Positions 8,381 through 17,295 of a stretch of 64,000 bases of DNA are shown one piece after another. The DNA is taken from NCBI GenBank assembly GCA_964599615.1, contig CAZRGF010000002.1, positions 15,696-79,695 on the forward strand. The letters are read 5' to 3'. Within the stretch, counting starts at the first letter, position 1. Each line of letters starts with the position of its first letter. Source of the DNA: Candidatus Woesearchaeota archaeon (GTDB taxonomy: Archaea > Nanobdellota > Nanobdellia > Pacearchaeales > UBA284). The notes under the pieces are model-generated. The model did no database searches, had not been told where the DNA came from, and worked only from the letters and a program-made list of their open reading frames with translations. A program made the translations under genes and the position numbers.

Positions 8381-9451
8381 TCAATTGCCTTGAACATGCC
8401 TTAGTGTAGGGTCATCCCATGGCAAGACCAGCTTTGTTTCTGGACCAAAATTGTTTCTATCTCCAAGAATGTCTAATGACCTTACTAGTTTATAGAACTC
8501 TGGATCTTGCGAATATGTTTCTCCGTATCTTCTGGTTACATGAGCCTGAGCTCTACCCTTAATTTCTTTGGCTGTCATCTCCCCATAAGATATAAGACTA
8601 TCTTCTGCTCTTTTTGCTGCACCCATGGTAGTCAATGACTCTCTTGTACCCCATGCTCTTATTCTTTCTGCAACACTTCTTCTTTCTGCCATCATGGATT
8701 TTTCAACTTGTTCTTTGGATTCTTTAGTATACAAAACTCTCATTAATTGAACCCCATAACCATCTCCTTTAAATCCCAGACCTGTGTAAGAACTATCTAG
8801 GGCTGTTTCTGATTGAGTTTGAATTTCATTTTCTTTTCCTCTTCTACCCATATCAACAGAATCACCAGTTGACATGACTGCTCCAGCAAGATTTACAATT
8901 GGCCTGTTTGTTGATCTTACAACATCAATTAATTTGCCTGATCTTATAACTCCCCCTGTAATACCATCAACAATATTATTCAATCTGTTATGTGCACTTG
9001 ATAATGTTTGAGTTGTTTGTGCATAGATATATGAATTTTGAATACTAAAAACTGCTGTTACTTCTGAATAAACAAATTGGTCATCTTTTGTTTGTATCTT
9101 ATCAGGATATCCATACCATAATTGTCCTTTTGTGCTATACTGTGAAATTGTTTGAATAGGCCATGGCAATTTGAATTTAAGTCCAGGACCTTCTTGGAAT
9201 TTTGGAATTTCTAGGGCTTTTGGCCTTGATTTACAATATTCTTTAGTCTCTTCTATTACTTTAGCATTGTCTTCTGGATTTGGTTGATTAACCACATAAA
9301 CAACAGGTTTTGTGCCCCATGATCTTACAAGAGTTTCCTCTGCTTGATGATTTTTATACATGCATGAACTTAACCACCATAGTGAAGCTCCGATTAATGT
9401 TGCTCCCCAAAATCTTTTACTCCATTTTCCCATTTTATTTTTCTCCTCCAA
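8381..9451 (-). CDS. SPFH/band-7 family membrane protein (HflC-like)
   Basis: 356 aa. N-terminal TM helix (FWGATLIGASLWWL), SPFH-like core, coiled C-terminal region. Overlaps the upstream SPFH gene by 17 nt. Confidence 0.7.
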   Translation of the reverse strand: MEEKNKMGKWSKRFWGATLIGASLWWLSSCMYKNHQAEETLVRSWGTKPVVYVVNQPNPEDNAKVIEETKEYCKSRPKALEIPKFQEGPGLKFKLPWPIQTISQYSTKGQLWYGYPDKIQTKDDQFVYSEVTAVFSIQNSYIYAQTTQTLSSAHNRLNNIVDGITGGVIRSGKLIDVVRSTNRPIVNLAGAVMSTGDSVDMGRRGKENEIQTQSETALDSSYTGLGFKGDGYGVQLMRVLYTKESKEQVEKSMMAERRSVAERIRAWGTRESLTTMGAAKRAEDSLISYGEMTAKEIKGRAQAHVTRRYGETYSQDPEFYKLVRSLDILGDRNNFGPETKLVLPWDDPTLRHVQGN

Positions 9452-10415
9452 AAGGACTTAAAGGCAATAAAGGTGTTGCCTTACCATCTTTAGTTACCCA
9501 TTTATCTCCAGTATTACTATAGAAACTTTGCCTTGCATCAAGCAATAATCTTGCTTTTGTAATCTCGGGGAATTTTCTATATTGAGATAATAATGAATTA
9601 TATCTAGAAATATCTCCCTCACAATTGTTGGTTAGATCCATTGAATCTCCTTGAGCACCACTAATTGTGGCAGTCATCTTTCCTTCTGCTTCCTGAACTC
9701 TTCGGCTATACTCCCCTCTTGCTATTGCAATCTTTGATTCTTTAACTGAGTTAGCTTGATTAACTGAATCTATTGATGGAGCAACATTTGCTGGAGGATT
9801 TACTCCTTGAGTCTGGTAGATTGTAGCTTTTTGCCCTGTATGGAATGCATCGACTATTGTTTGCAATTCCTGTTGACCCTCTTTGCAGATCTGAGTTACT
9901 CTTTCTTTAGCAACTTCATCATAACCTGCATCTCCACATATTCTAGATAAAACTGCTTGTGCTCTATCCTTAATTAATTTATCTGGATTTACTAAAGAAT
10001 AATTATAAGCTACTGGGTCAGAGACTTCCCACTGAACAGTCAATTCAACATCTGCCATGCTTCTGTCTCCAAGAAGTTGAAGATATTCACCCTGAAATTG
10101 ACTTCCAACCTCATATTCACTTGTTTCTGCATCTTTTTTTGTTCTGAATCCAAGTTCAATTTTTCTTGGTTTTGATGTTGGAATTATTCTTTTTGATTGT
10201 ATAAAAGGCCAAATAAATTGTGGAAAGCCAGGACCTCTTGTTTCAGTATATTTTCCTAATGTTTCAACAATAACATTAGAATCCTGGGGACAATAGAAAC
10301 ATGAAGTAATCAATAATAGACCCCCTAATATTCCTGCAGCAACAACTTTAATTGGCGTTTTCAATGTTTTCCATGCGTCATCTAATGTTTCGTCTAAGCT
10401 ATCTTTTGTTGTCAT
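9435..10415 (-). CDS. SPFH/band-7 family membrane protein (HflK-like)
   Basis: 326 aa. TM helix, then YLQLLGDRSMADVELTVQWEVSDPVAYNY and VNPPANVAPSIDSVNQA..ESKIAIARGEY, typical of the HflK/prohibitin fold. Confidence 0.75.
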   Translation of the reverse strand: MTTKDSLDETLDDAWKTLKTPIKVVAAGILGGLLLITSCFYCPQDSNVIVETLGKYTETRGPGFPQFIWPFIQSKRIIPTSKPRKIELGFRTKKDAETSEYEVGSQFQGEYLQLLGDRSMADVELTVQWEVSDPVAYNYSLVNPDKLIKDRAQAVLSRICGDAGYDEVAKERVTQICKEGQQELQTIVDAFHTGQKATIYQTQGVNPPANVAPSIDSVNQANSVKESKIAIARGEYSRRVQEAEGKMTATISGAQGDSMDLTNNCEGDISRYNSLLSQYRKFPEITKARLLLDARQSFYSNTGDKWVTKDGKATPLLPLSPFGGEK

Positions 10416-10524
10416 GATAAAAAAGTGATTAAATTGCTTTTTAAATCTTTTGTTGTCATGTAACGATAAAGTGGGGGTAAAAAAACAGGGGTGAAGAATT
10501 TTTCCGACGGAAAATCAAGCAAAA

Positions 10525-12444
10525 TTATATCCTAGCCATCAAAACTCTGATATCTGGTGAAAGAAGAAAAACATGATCATTTCTGCTTCTTAGTGCTCTG
10601 TAGACTCTTTGTAGCAATTCTCTTCGAGATTTATCCATATATAATTCCATATAATACTCTGGTTTGACTTGTTTTAAAATTTGCCAGAAAATTGAGCTTA
10701 CATTCGGATAAGGATATCTTGTCAAGACAATTGAGTTGCAGATTTCTCCAGGAAAATCAACTCCGCGATTGCATTTTGTTGAGTATAGGACAGAAAGTTT
10801 TCCATCTTTAAAATCCTGTATTCTTTTTCCTAATCTGTCTTCATGTTGTTCCTGAAGAATCTTTTCTTTTGATATTATATCAAGATTATAAATATTTTTT
10901 TCATGCTCACTTGGAAGATCATTAAATGCAGTTATATGGACGAGAACAGGTTTTTTTGCTGAATTAATGCAGGCATTTAAAGCTAGAAGATATTTTTCTC
11001 TTGTTGCAAAACCTTTCTGAAAATTTTCATAAGAACAAGAGAATTCTTGGCCGGTTCTCTGTCTCGTTATTGTGCCAGGCATCTTTGTTTCAGCTTCAAT
11101 AATCTTAAATTTTTTTATTGCAAAAACTTTCTTGAGGATATTTTCAGAGTGGATTGTTCCTGACATCAGAACTAGTATCTTGTTCTTTTCGATGAATTCT
11201 GCGAAGCGTTTTTCTAGATTGATGGTGACTAATCTGGCATAGATGTCTTTATCATCCATATAAAAAGAGACATATGTCTCGCCTTTAAGATGCTGGAAAG
11301 TCCTTGCAACTTCGTCAACATGGAAACAATAGTTTTCTTCATCACATTCAACTTTATCTAGAATATTTGAATCAATAAAATTTTCTAAAATCTCTATTAT
11401 TTTTGTCTCTTTTAGCTGGATTATCTTTTCATTGCTTATCAAGTCATCGACTTGGGGATTGTTCAACAAACTTTTTGTTAAATGAATAAGTTCTCTTATC
11501 ATCTCATTGACTTTCTCATTATGAGAGAACAGACTTCCCAGGGCAAGGTAGAATTTATTCAGATTTATCTTCTTTGAGTTTGAGAGATTATCTAAAAATT
11601 CGTCACATTCATCTATAATCTCAAGTTCTGTGTAAGGTTTTCTGTCCATAACTGTCTCTATCTTGTATTTTTCGCTGTTGAAAATCAAGACATCTGCATC
11701 AAAATAATCATGGAACTGCTCGTAATAGGGACACCCTTTTTTTCTTTGATAAATTCGAAATTTTCTTCCACTTAAACCATCATAGACTTTTTTCTTTGCC
11801 TCTAAATTCAAGTCAATTTCAGTCGGCATAATTGGAGACCAGTAAGGACAAACAGGCGCTATTGTTCTTCTCGTAACATCATTGATATTACCAAACATCT
11901 GGATGTCAGCATTTTCATTCCTTTTGAGATAATGGTATATTGCTTTTGAGTTTCTTTCTTTAATCTCGATTTTGCAAGGAAGCAAAGGATTATCACAGGA
12001 ATCATCTTGTTCAATTTCTCTTGCTTTTGAGGAGAATTCAAAGAGTTTTTTTATCTTGCCTTCTGATTCTGGCAGTGGATTTTCTTGAATGTAGGGACAT
12101 TTATGATTTTGTCTGCCTGTTATCACCCTGATTTTAAGTTTTTCACCATCTTTTTTCAATAAATACTTCTTATCCATATAATCATGTTCATACTGTTTCT
12201 GTAGATTTTTCACAGGAACAACAATGGAAGTTTTTCCAAGTTCTTTTGCTAAGTTCAATGCTATTGCCGACTTTCCTGTTCCACAAACACCATGGACAAA
12301 GATGACTTTGTTTCCTTCATCTATTGCTTGGAGAATTTCTTTAACCACATCTTCTTGAGATTTACCATTTGAGAAAACTAGTGGATCAAGTTTGTTTTCA
12401 TTAATCCTGCCATTTTCCTCTTTTTTTTCATTCAAGCTCCACAT
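10525..12444 (-). CDS. XPD/Rad3/DinG-like superfamily 2 DNA helicase
   Basis: 639 aa. Walker A GVCGTGKS, DEAH-type box IIDECDEF, four Cys between the motifs (HKCPY, DSCDN, LPCK, VCPYW; FeS-cluster-like), C-terminal NRGVDFPG..LTRYPYP helicase C motif. Confidence 0.8.
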   Translation of the reverse strand: MWSLNEKKEENGRINENKLDPLVFSNGKSQEDVVKEILQAIDEGNKVIFVHGVCGTGKSAIALNLAKELGKTSIVVPVKNLQKQYEHDYMDKKYLLKKDGEKLKIRVITGRQNHKCPYIQENPLPESEGKIKKLFEFSSKAREIEQDDSCDNPLLPCKIEIKERNSKAIYHYLKRNENADIQMFGNINDVTRRTIAPVCPYWSPIMPTEIDLNLEAKKKVYDGLSGRKFRIYQRKKGCPYYEQFHDYFDADVLIFNSEKYKIETVMDRKPYTELEIIDECDEFLDNLSNSKKINLNKFYLALGSLFSHNEKVNEMIRELIHLTKSLLNNPQVDDLISNEKIIQLKETKIIEILENFIDSNILDKVECDEENYCFHVDEVARTFQHLKGETYVSFYMDDKDIYARLVTINLEKRFAEFIEKNKILVLMSGTIHSENILKKVFAIKKFKIIEAETKMPGTITRQRTGQEFSCSYENFQKGFATREKYLLALNACINSAKKPVLVHITAFNDLPSEHEKNIYNLDIISKEKILQEQHEDRLGKRIQDFKDGKLSVLYSTKCNRGVDFPGEICNSIVLTRYPYPNVSSIFWQILKQVKPEYYMELYMDKSRRELLQRVYRALRSRNDHVFLLSPDIRVLMARI

Positions 12445-12535
12445 TTTATCACCACATCAAGAATAAGAGATTTCATTTAAAAGGTTTATGGTGGTAAGTG
12501 GTAAGATTTTAAAACTATGTTTTGTTATATTCATC

Positions 12536-12745
12536 ATGTCAATTAAAATAGACTACAAAAAATGTTGTTGGAAATTAGGGAAGTGTACTAGTTGTACTTG
12601 TGGAAAAGCTTGTGTAGGCTGTGTAGAAGCTTGCACTCAAGGTGCTTTATCTAGAAAGGATAAAGTTGTTGTTGATAAAACGAAGTGCATCTCATGTGGT
12701 TCTTGTATTGCTGCTTGCAAGCATGAGGCAATTAGTCTAGAATAA
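12536..12745 (+). CDS. 2x[4Fe-4S] ferredoxin-type protein
   Basis: CTSCTCGKACVGCVEAC and CISCGSCIAAC cysteine clusters. ATG at 12536 preferred over the track start at 12488. Confidence 0.7.
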   Translation: MSIKIDYKKCCWKLGKCTSCTCGKACVGCVEACTQGALSRKDKVVVDKTKCISCGSCIAACKHEAISLE

Positions 12746-12804
12746 AGATTATCTTGTCCTATTTATCACATAAATCTTTAAATATAAGGAGTCCTAATTT
12801 TTTT

Positions 12805-13206
12805 ATGGTAGTCACTGATCATATAGATGATATCGAGATGTATTCTGGCGGAGGTTCTTTTCGACCATCTCGTTCTAAAAGAGATTTTCCACAATTTGCT
12901 TTTTTTTCAGATTTGTATGATAAATGTGGGCATTTAAGAGAAACATCCAGATTTTCAGAACAAACTTGTTTAAGGGCTATGCACAAGACTAATGTTTCAA
13001 AAGGGGTTACTGCTAAGGCTGCTTTGGATAGTTTGGTTTCATACAGATTCTTGTTAAAGTTAGATACACTAAAAGGGGTAAGGTATTCTCCTTCAGAAGA
13101 AGCTCTTGTTTATGTATATGGTATTTTTTCTATGCACTGGGGCAAAGAACATAGAGATTCACTTACAGAAACCTACGAGAGGTTTTATGAAAGACCCCAA
13201 TCCTAA
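12805..13206 (+). CDS. hypothetical protein
   Basis: ORF with an in-frame ATG at 12805 (the track uses an upstream TTG at 12754). No motif. Confidence 0.45.
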   Translation: MVVTDHIDDIEMYSGGGSFRPSRSKRDFPQFAFFSDLYDKCGHLRETSRFSEQTCLRAMHKTNVSKGVTAKAALDSLVSYRFLLKLDTLKGVRYSPSEEALVYVYGIFSMHWGKEHRDSLTETYERFYERPQS

Positions 13207-13219
13207 TTTCTCTTTAATA

Positions 13220-13366
13220 CTTGACCTCGCCATCCATATGTTTAATATTAACATCCTAATCTTGATTTAGTCTTCTTGGACTTTTTTAAATCCTTACTGC
13301 ACTTTCTAAGAACTTTTACTAATCTAATTAATTATACATACAGAAGAGAATTTGGCGAGGCCAAGG
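13220..13366 (-). mobile_element. MITE-like repeat, divergent subfamily copy C1
   Basis: CTTGACCTCGCCA ... TGGCGAGGCCAAGG inverted termini. Contains a 62-bp block identical to 13406-13467. Confidence 0.55.
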
Positions 13367-13371
13367 AAGTA

Positions 13372-13464
13372 CCAAGCTTCGCCATCTATATGTTCAGTAG
13401 CTGTGTCCTAATCTTGATTTAGTCTTCTTGGACTTTTTTAAATCCTTACTGCACTTTCTAAGAA
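13372..13464 (-). mobile_element. MITE-like repeat, truncated copy C2
   Basis: Left terminus CCAAGCTTCGCCA plus the 62-bp block identical to C1. The right part is replaced by copy C3. Confidence 0.5.
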
Positions 13465-13596
13465 CTTGACTTCGCCAGATATAAGTGTAAATTATTTAGA
13501 TTTAATTCTTGATTTTTTTCAAAGAATTCTTCAGGAAAATCGACAAGTATGAAGAAGAGTTGCTTATCACTTACTCCGCATTGGCGAAGTCAAGTT
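13465..13596 (-). mobile_element. MITE-like repeat, copy C3 (reverse orientation relative to A/B/D/E)
   Basis: CTTGACTTCGCCA ... TTGGCGAAGTCAAGTT. Its reverse complement carries the AATGCGGAGTAA, GAATTCTTTGAAAAA and AATAATTTACACTTAT blocks. Confidence 0.6.
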
Positions 13597-13637
13597 AATA
13601 GTATACTTTTCTACAATAATGCTTAAATATTCGTGAT

Positions 13638-14396
13638 ATGAGTTTAGTTATGGCTAAGAATAAAACTGAAGGTCGGGTTGATAAGATGGATATTCTTAGG
13701 TTTGTTTATGCTTTAGGAAATAGCGGAGTTTTTCTTGATCATCATAGCTTGTATTTTGGTGAATCGGGGTTTGATGCTGGGGGAGTTTGGGAATATTCTT
13801 CGGGAAGAATTGTAAACCCAAGTAATTACAATACTCATGCTTTATCTGATTTCTTGCATATGCGGCATGGTACAAATGATGACCGGCTTTGCCGACCTAG
13901 ACTTTATCATAATATAAAAACTTCTAAATTTCCCTTAAGTGAGATGAAAGAGAATTTTTATTTAACTTTACCCCTATATTGCTCAAAACAAGGTATTCCA
14001 AGACCATTAGCCAAAGAATATGTTGGTCAAATTAACAAACCCCAATTAGTCATGAAAATTGATGGACCTCCGGGAAGAATGGACATTGTCCAAAGAGCTG
14101 CTATTATTGCATCAACAAAAGATTCTCCGGATAGATTCTCTGATTTAAAAGATTTTTTCAAGTTTTGTCTTCCTGAACAACTAGAACTGCCGATTTTGTG
14201 GTCTCATGTTTCTGAATATGATTCAAAAGACAAATGCCCTAGAATTATTTTATGCCAAAGGTTTAAGCCAGTAGCAGACTATATCCGTCATGGAAGAGAG
14301 TTTGTGAGTTTGATAGGTAATCAACCATTTGTTGAAGGTTTAGTCCAAAGAGTAATTGATGCTTATGTCCATATGTCTTCTGATTTTAAGGTCTGA
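13638..14396 (+). CDS. hypothetical protein
   Basis: 252-aa ORF, no motif. The 3' end overlaps the convergent rfcL by 11 nt. Confidence 0.5.
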   Translation: MSLVMAKNKTEGRVDKMDILRFVYALGNSGVFLDHHSLYFGESGFDAGGVWEYSSGRIVNPSNYNTHALSDFLHMRHGTNDDRLCRPRLYHNIKTSKFPLSEMKENFYLTLPLYCSKQGIPRPLAKEYVGQINKPQLVMKIDGPPGRMDIVQRAAIIASTKDSPDRFSDLKDFFKFCLPEQLELPILWSHVSEYDSKDKCPRIILCQRFKPVADYIRHGREFVSLIGNQPFVEGLVQRVIDAYVHMSSDFKV

Positions 14397-15576
14397 GCCA
14401 TTCAACTTCCTTTTCTTCTAACCTAAGTTCCTGAGCAAGAGAATTAATCTGTTTTGGAGTCTTTAATGCAATTCTTAAGTATTCTAAATCTTCTTGAGCT
14501 TGTTTTTTTGATGTGTGGATTTTTTTAGCAAGTTTTTCAGCAATTGCTTTCCTTTGCAATTGTTTTTGTTTTATCATCCAGATTTTTAAGATTCTTGAAG
14601 GCATTTTGTATTTTATCATTGAGATTTTATCTTGTGCCTTTGCTATGGAAATCCCCTGTGTTATAAAATCGTAGATATAAGCTAAAAAACGCCAGTGTTG
14701 TCTTCGCATTATTCTTCCGCGATACATGTCAGCTAGACTTAACATCTCATAAGCTTGTGTCAGTTCAATGCCTTTGTATTCTAATGGAAGATTCTCATCA
14801 ATCCATAAGAAAATATTATCTAAATCATGGTTCTGGACCTGGTCAAAAGATTTTCTTGAATCACGTGTCTGAAGAACTTTTTTTAGGGCATTGAAAATTG
14901 TTTCATCTTTTTCTCTTGAATCTAATAAATCAAGATCATTTTTAGTTATTTTTCTTTTTAAGATAGACAGGACTTCCAAGTCATTTATCGCTGCTCTTGC
15001 ATCACTTTTTGTTTTTATAGCTAATTCTTTCAAAAGCTCTGGTTCAATGAGAATATTCTCTTTTTCTGCGATTTTATAAAGAATTTTTATCAAATCTCCT
15101 ACTGAAAGTGTTTTTATCTCAAGATTGATTGAACTTGATTTGATTTTTCTTAATTTCTCATGATAGGGGTCAACACAAGTCATGATTATGGGGTAGGTTG
15201 TTGTTTCAATTAATCTTAAAAGTTCTTGTATTCCTCCTCGGTCTTCATGTCCGGAAATGCCTTCAAGTTCGTCTATAAGAATTATCTTGCTTTTGCAGAA
15301 AAGGGACTGTTGGCCTATTGCTTTCCCTATAATCTCTTGAATTTGGTCTTTGTTCCTGAAATCAGATGCATTTAATTCCATAGTCTCTAAGTTTAGGCTA
15401 TTTGCTATTGCATGTACTAAAGAAGTCTTGCCGCTCCCGGGATTTCCGTACAAGAGAAGAGATTTTTTTGTCTGTTGCTTGAAATTCTTTATAAAATCAA
15501 CTAGCTTGTGTTTAGCTTCTTCTTGTCCTATTATCTCTGAAACTTTCTTTGGACGATATTTTTCTTGCCACGGCAT
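14386..15576 (-). CDS. rfcL: replication factor C large subunit
   Basis: MPWQEKYRPKKVSEIIGQEEA..LLLYGNPGSGKTS..ELNASD..ILIDELEGIS. Size and motif order match archaeal RfcL. Confidence 0.9.
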   Translation of the reverse strand: MPWQEKYRPKKVSEIIGQEEAKHKLVDFIKNFKQQTKKSLLLYGNPGSGKTSLVHAIANSLNLETMELNASDFRNKDQIQEIIGKAIGQQSLFCKSKIILIDELEGISGHEDRGGIQELLRLIETTTYPIIMTCVDPYHEKLRKIKSSSINLEIKTLSVGDLIKILYKIAEKENILIEPELLKELAIKTKSDARAAINDLEVLSILKRKITKNDLDLLDSREKDETIFNALKKVLQTRDSRKSFDQVQNHDLDNIFLWIDENLPLEYKGIELTQAYEMLSLADMYRGRIMRRQHWRFLAYIYDFITQGISIAKAQDKISMIKYKMPSRILKIWMIKQKQLQRKAIAEKLAKKIHTSKKQAQEDLEYLRIALKTPKQINSLAQELRLEEKEVEWLRP

Positions 15577-15742
15577 TTTATGTTATTAGGTATTTATTTA
15601 ATTATAAGATAATGATATTTGTACTTAGGGATGGTTGATGTCAGCCAAATTTTCAGTTAGTGTTTTGCACTTTGTTTTTCACTGAAATTATTTTGCTTGA
15701 AAAAACAGTGCTTTTTCGGCACACCAAAAATCTTCTGATTTT

Positions 15743-16714
15743 TTAGTGTTTTCCTATGAAACTCGCAAGCAATGCTTCTAATTGAATATAATCATCTGAG
15801 CCCTCAACTATCCTAAATTCGATTTCAGCGCATCTTTCTATTAATTTGATTTTTGATTCTTCGCTAATCTTTAGATTCCAAATCTCTTGTTGGATTGATC
15901 TCACTATATCCAAGCCATTCAAACCTTGCTTTAGCATTAAATCAAGCAATAAATTTCTCGCATCAAGGAACTTTCCTTCAAGAGCGAATTCTAGAATCTT
16001 CTTCAGGAATTCTGGCTTGACTTCAGAAACAACTTCAAAAATGACTTGTTCATCTATATTCTTAGTTAAAGTTGCAGATGCTTGGAGGATATTTATAATC
16101 CTTCTTAAATCTCCTTTTGAAATCTCATAAATCGCATCAATCGCTTTTTGATTGATTTTGAATTTTTCATTTTTTGAGACTTGATTTATGAACTTTTCAA
16201 TATCTTGTTTTTCTCTTGGCCTGAATTTAAAAATAGCACACCTAGATTGTATTGGGTCAATAATCTTGCTTGAGTTATTGCATGAGAGGATGAATCTACA
16301 GGTGGTTGTGAATTGCTCCATTGTTCTTCTTAATGCTTGCTGTGCTTCTTTTGTTAGAGCATCGCATTCATCTAATAGTATGACTTTGAAAGGAGCTTCC
16401 CCAATTGCCTTTGTTCTAGCAAAACTTTTAACTTCCTGTCTTACAACATCAATTCCTCGCGCATCAGAAGCATTTAATTCTAAGAAATTTTCGTGCCATG
16501 AATCTTGGAATAGTTTTTTCGCTATTATAAGGGAAGTTGCTGTTTTTCCGCTTCCAGCAGGACCTGCAAACAGTAAGTGGGGCATATTTTTAGCTTCTAA
16601 AAATGCCCTTATCCGTGAGATCACATGTTCGTTCCCAAAAATGTCATCCAGTTCTTTAGGACGATATTTCTCAGACCATATTTCTGAATTATAGTTGTCT
16701 TTTTCCTCAGCCAT
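15743..16714 (-). CDS. rfcS: replication factor C small subunit
   Basis: WSEKYRPKELDDIFGNEH..LLFAGPAGSGKTAT..ELNASDARGID..ILLDECDALT..ALRRTME..SRC: the canonical RFC boxes. Confidence 0.95.
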   Translation of the reverse strand: MAEEKDNYNSEIWSEKYRPKELDDIFGNEHVISRIRAFLEAKNMPHLLFAGPAGSGKTATSLIIAKKLFQDSWHENFLELNASDARGIDVVRQEVKSFARTKAIGEAPFKVILLDECDALTKEAQQALRRTMEQFTTTCRFILSCNNSSKIIDPIQSRCAIFKFRPREKQDIEKFINQVSKNEKFKINQKAIDAIYEISKGDLRRIINILQASATLTKNIDEQVIFEVVSEVKPEFLKKILEFALEGKFLDARNLLLDLMLKQGLNGLDIVRSIQQEIWNLKISEESKIKLIERCAEIEFRIVEGSDDYIQLEALLASFIGKH

Positions 16715-16735
16715 GGTTTACAGAATACCGGTTTT

Positions 16736-16743
16736 TTTATAAA
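16736..16743 (-). promoter_or_regulatory. TATA-box-like element TTTATAAA for rfcS
   Basis: 21 nt upstream of the rfcS ATG at 16714. The divergent gene has TTTATACA at 16782-16789, 23 nt before its ATG at 16813. Confidence 0.45.
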
Positions 16744-16812
16744 TGTTTCCTTTGAATTTTTTTATCTCTAGCATAATAATCTTTATACATCGGTGTTTTT
16801 TACTACAAAAAC

Positions 16813-17196
16813 ATGAAAATACTTTTAGCTGACGATAATGAGAAGTATGGAAAACCTTTCTCGGAGATATTAAGGAATAAAGGCCACGAAGTTGAATATG
16901 TTACAAATAAATTCAAACTTATTGAATATGCAAGAGAGAGAGTTTATGACCTTATTATCACGGATTATAATATGCCTCGTGGTATAGAAGGTTTAGAAGC
17001 TGTTGTTGAAATAAGAAAGTCTGATGCTGATACACCAATTATTCTTTGCAGTGAAAAATTTGAAGATATCCCGCAGATATTCGTAGATGTTCAGAAAGCT
17101 GTTGAAAAATATCCTAATGTTCGAGTTTTAACAAAAACAGAGGTTAGGTCCAGAGTTAATTCTGGTGAATTAGAGCAAGTTTTTTCTTTAGAATAA
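16813..17196 (+). CDS. stand-alone response-regulator receiver (CheY-like) protein
   Basis: MKILLADDN..DLIITDYNMPRGIEGLE..TPIILCS receiver motifs. No output domain and no kinase in the window. Confidence 0.75.
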   Translation: MKILLADDNEKYGKPFSEILRNKGHEVEYVTNKFKLIEYARERVYDLIITDYNMPRGIEGLEAVVEIRKSDADTPIILCSEKFEDIPQIFVDVQKAVEKYPNVRVLTKTEVRSRVNSGELEQVFSLE

Positions 17197-17295
17197 ATCA
17201 ATGGGACATTCTTCTTTTCTTAGATCTCTATAACCTAAAGAGATGTTTTACCAATAGACCCGTTATTATACCGATACATACAGACTGAATGTATT

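Noticed and set aside
13254-13467. Possibility that the 62-bp duplicated block is a DGR template/variable repeat pair
   Set aside because: The two copies are identical, with no adenine-specific differences. Both are intergenic rather than at the 3' end of a target gene, and no reverse transcriptase is present in the window.
15846-16694. Track ORFs 15846-16130 and 16188-16694 (+), plus similar antisense ORFs elsewhere (1307-1591, 4158-4490, 5018-5692, 14891-15589, 35498-35842, 36344-36841, 43876-44806, 49706-49966)
   Set aside because: All lie antisense to, or out of frame within, genes with strong family signatures (rfcS, ligase-like, TrpF-like, rfcL, serS, tkt, elp3). No motifs and a biased composition, so they are treated as shadow ORFs.
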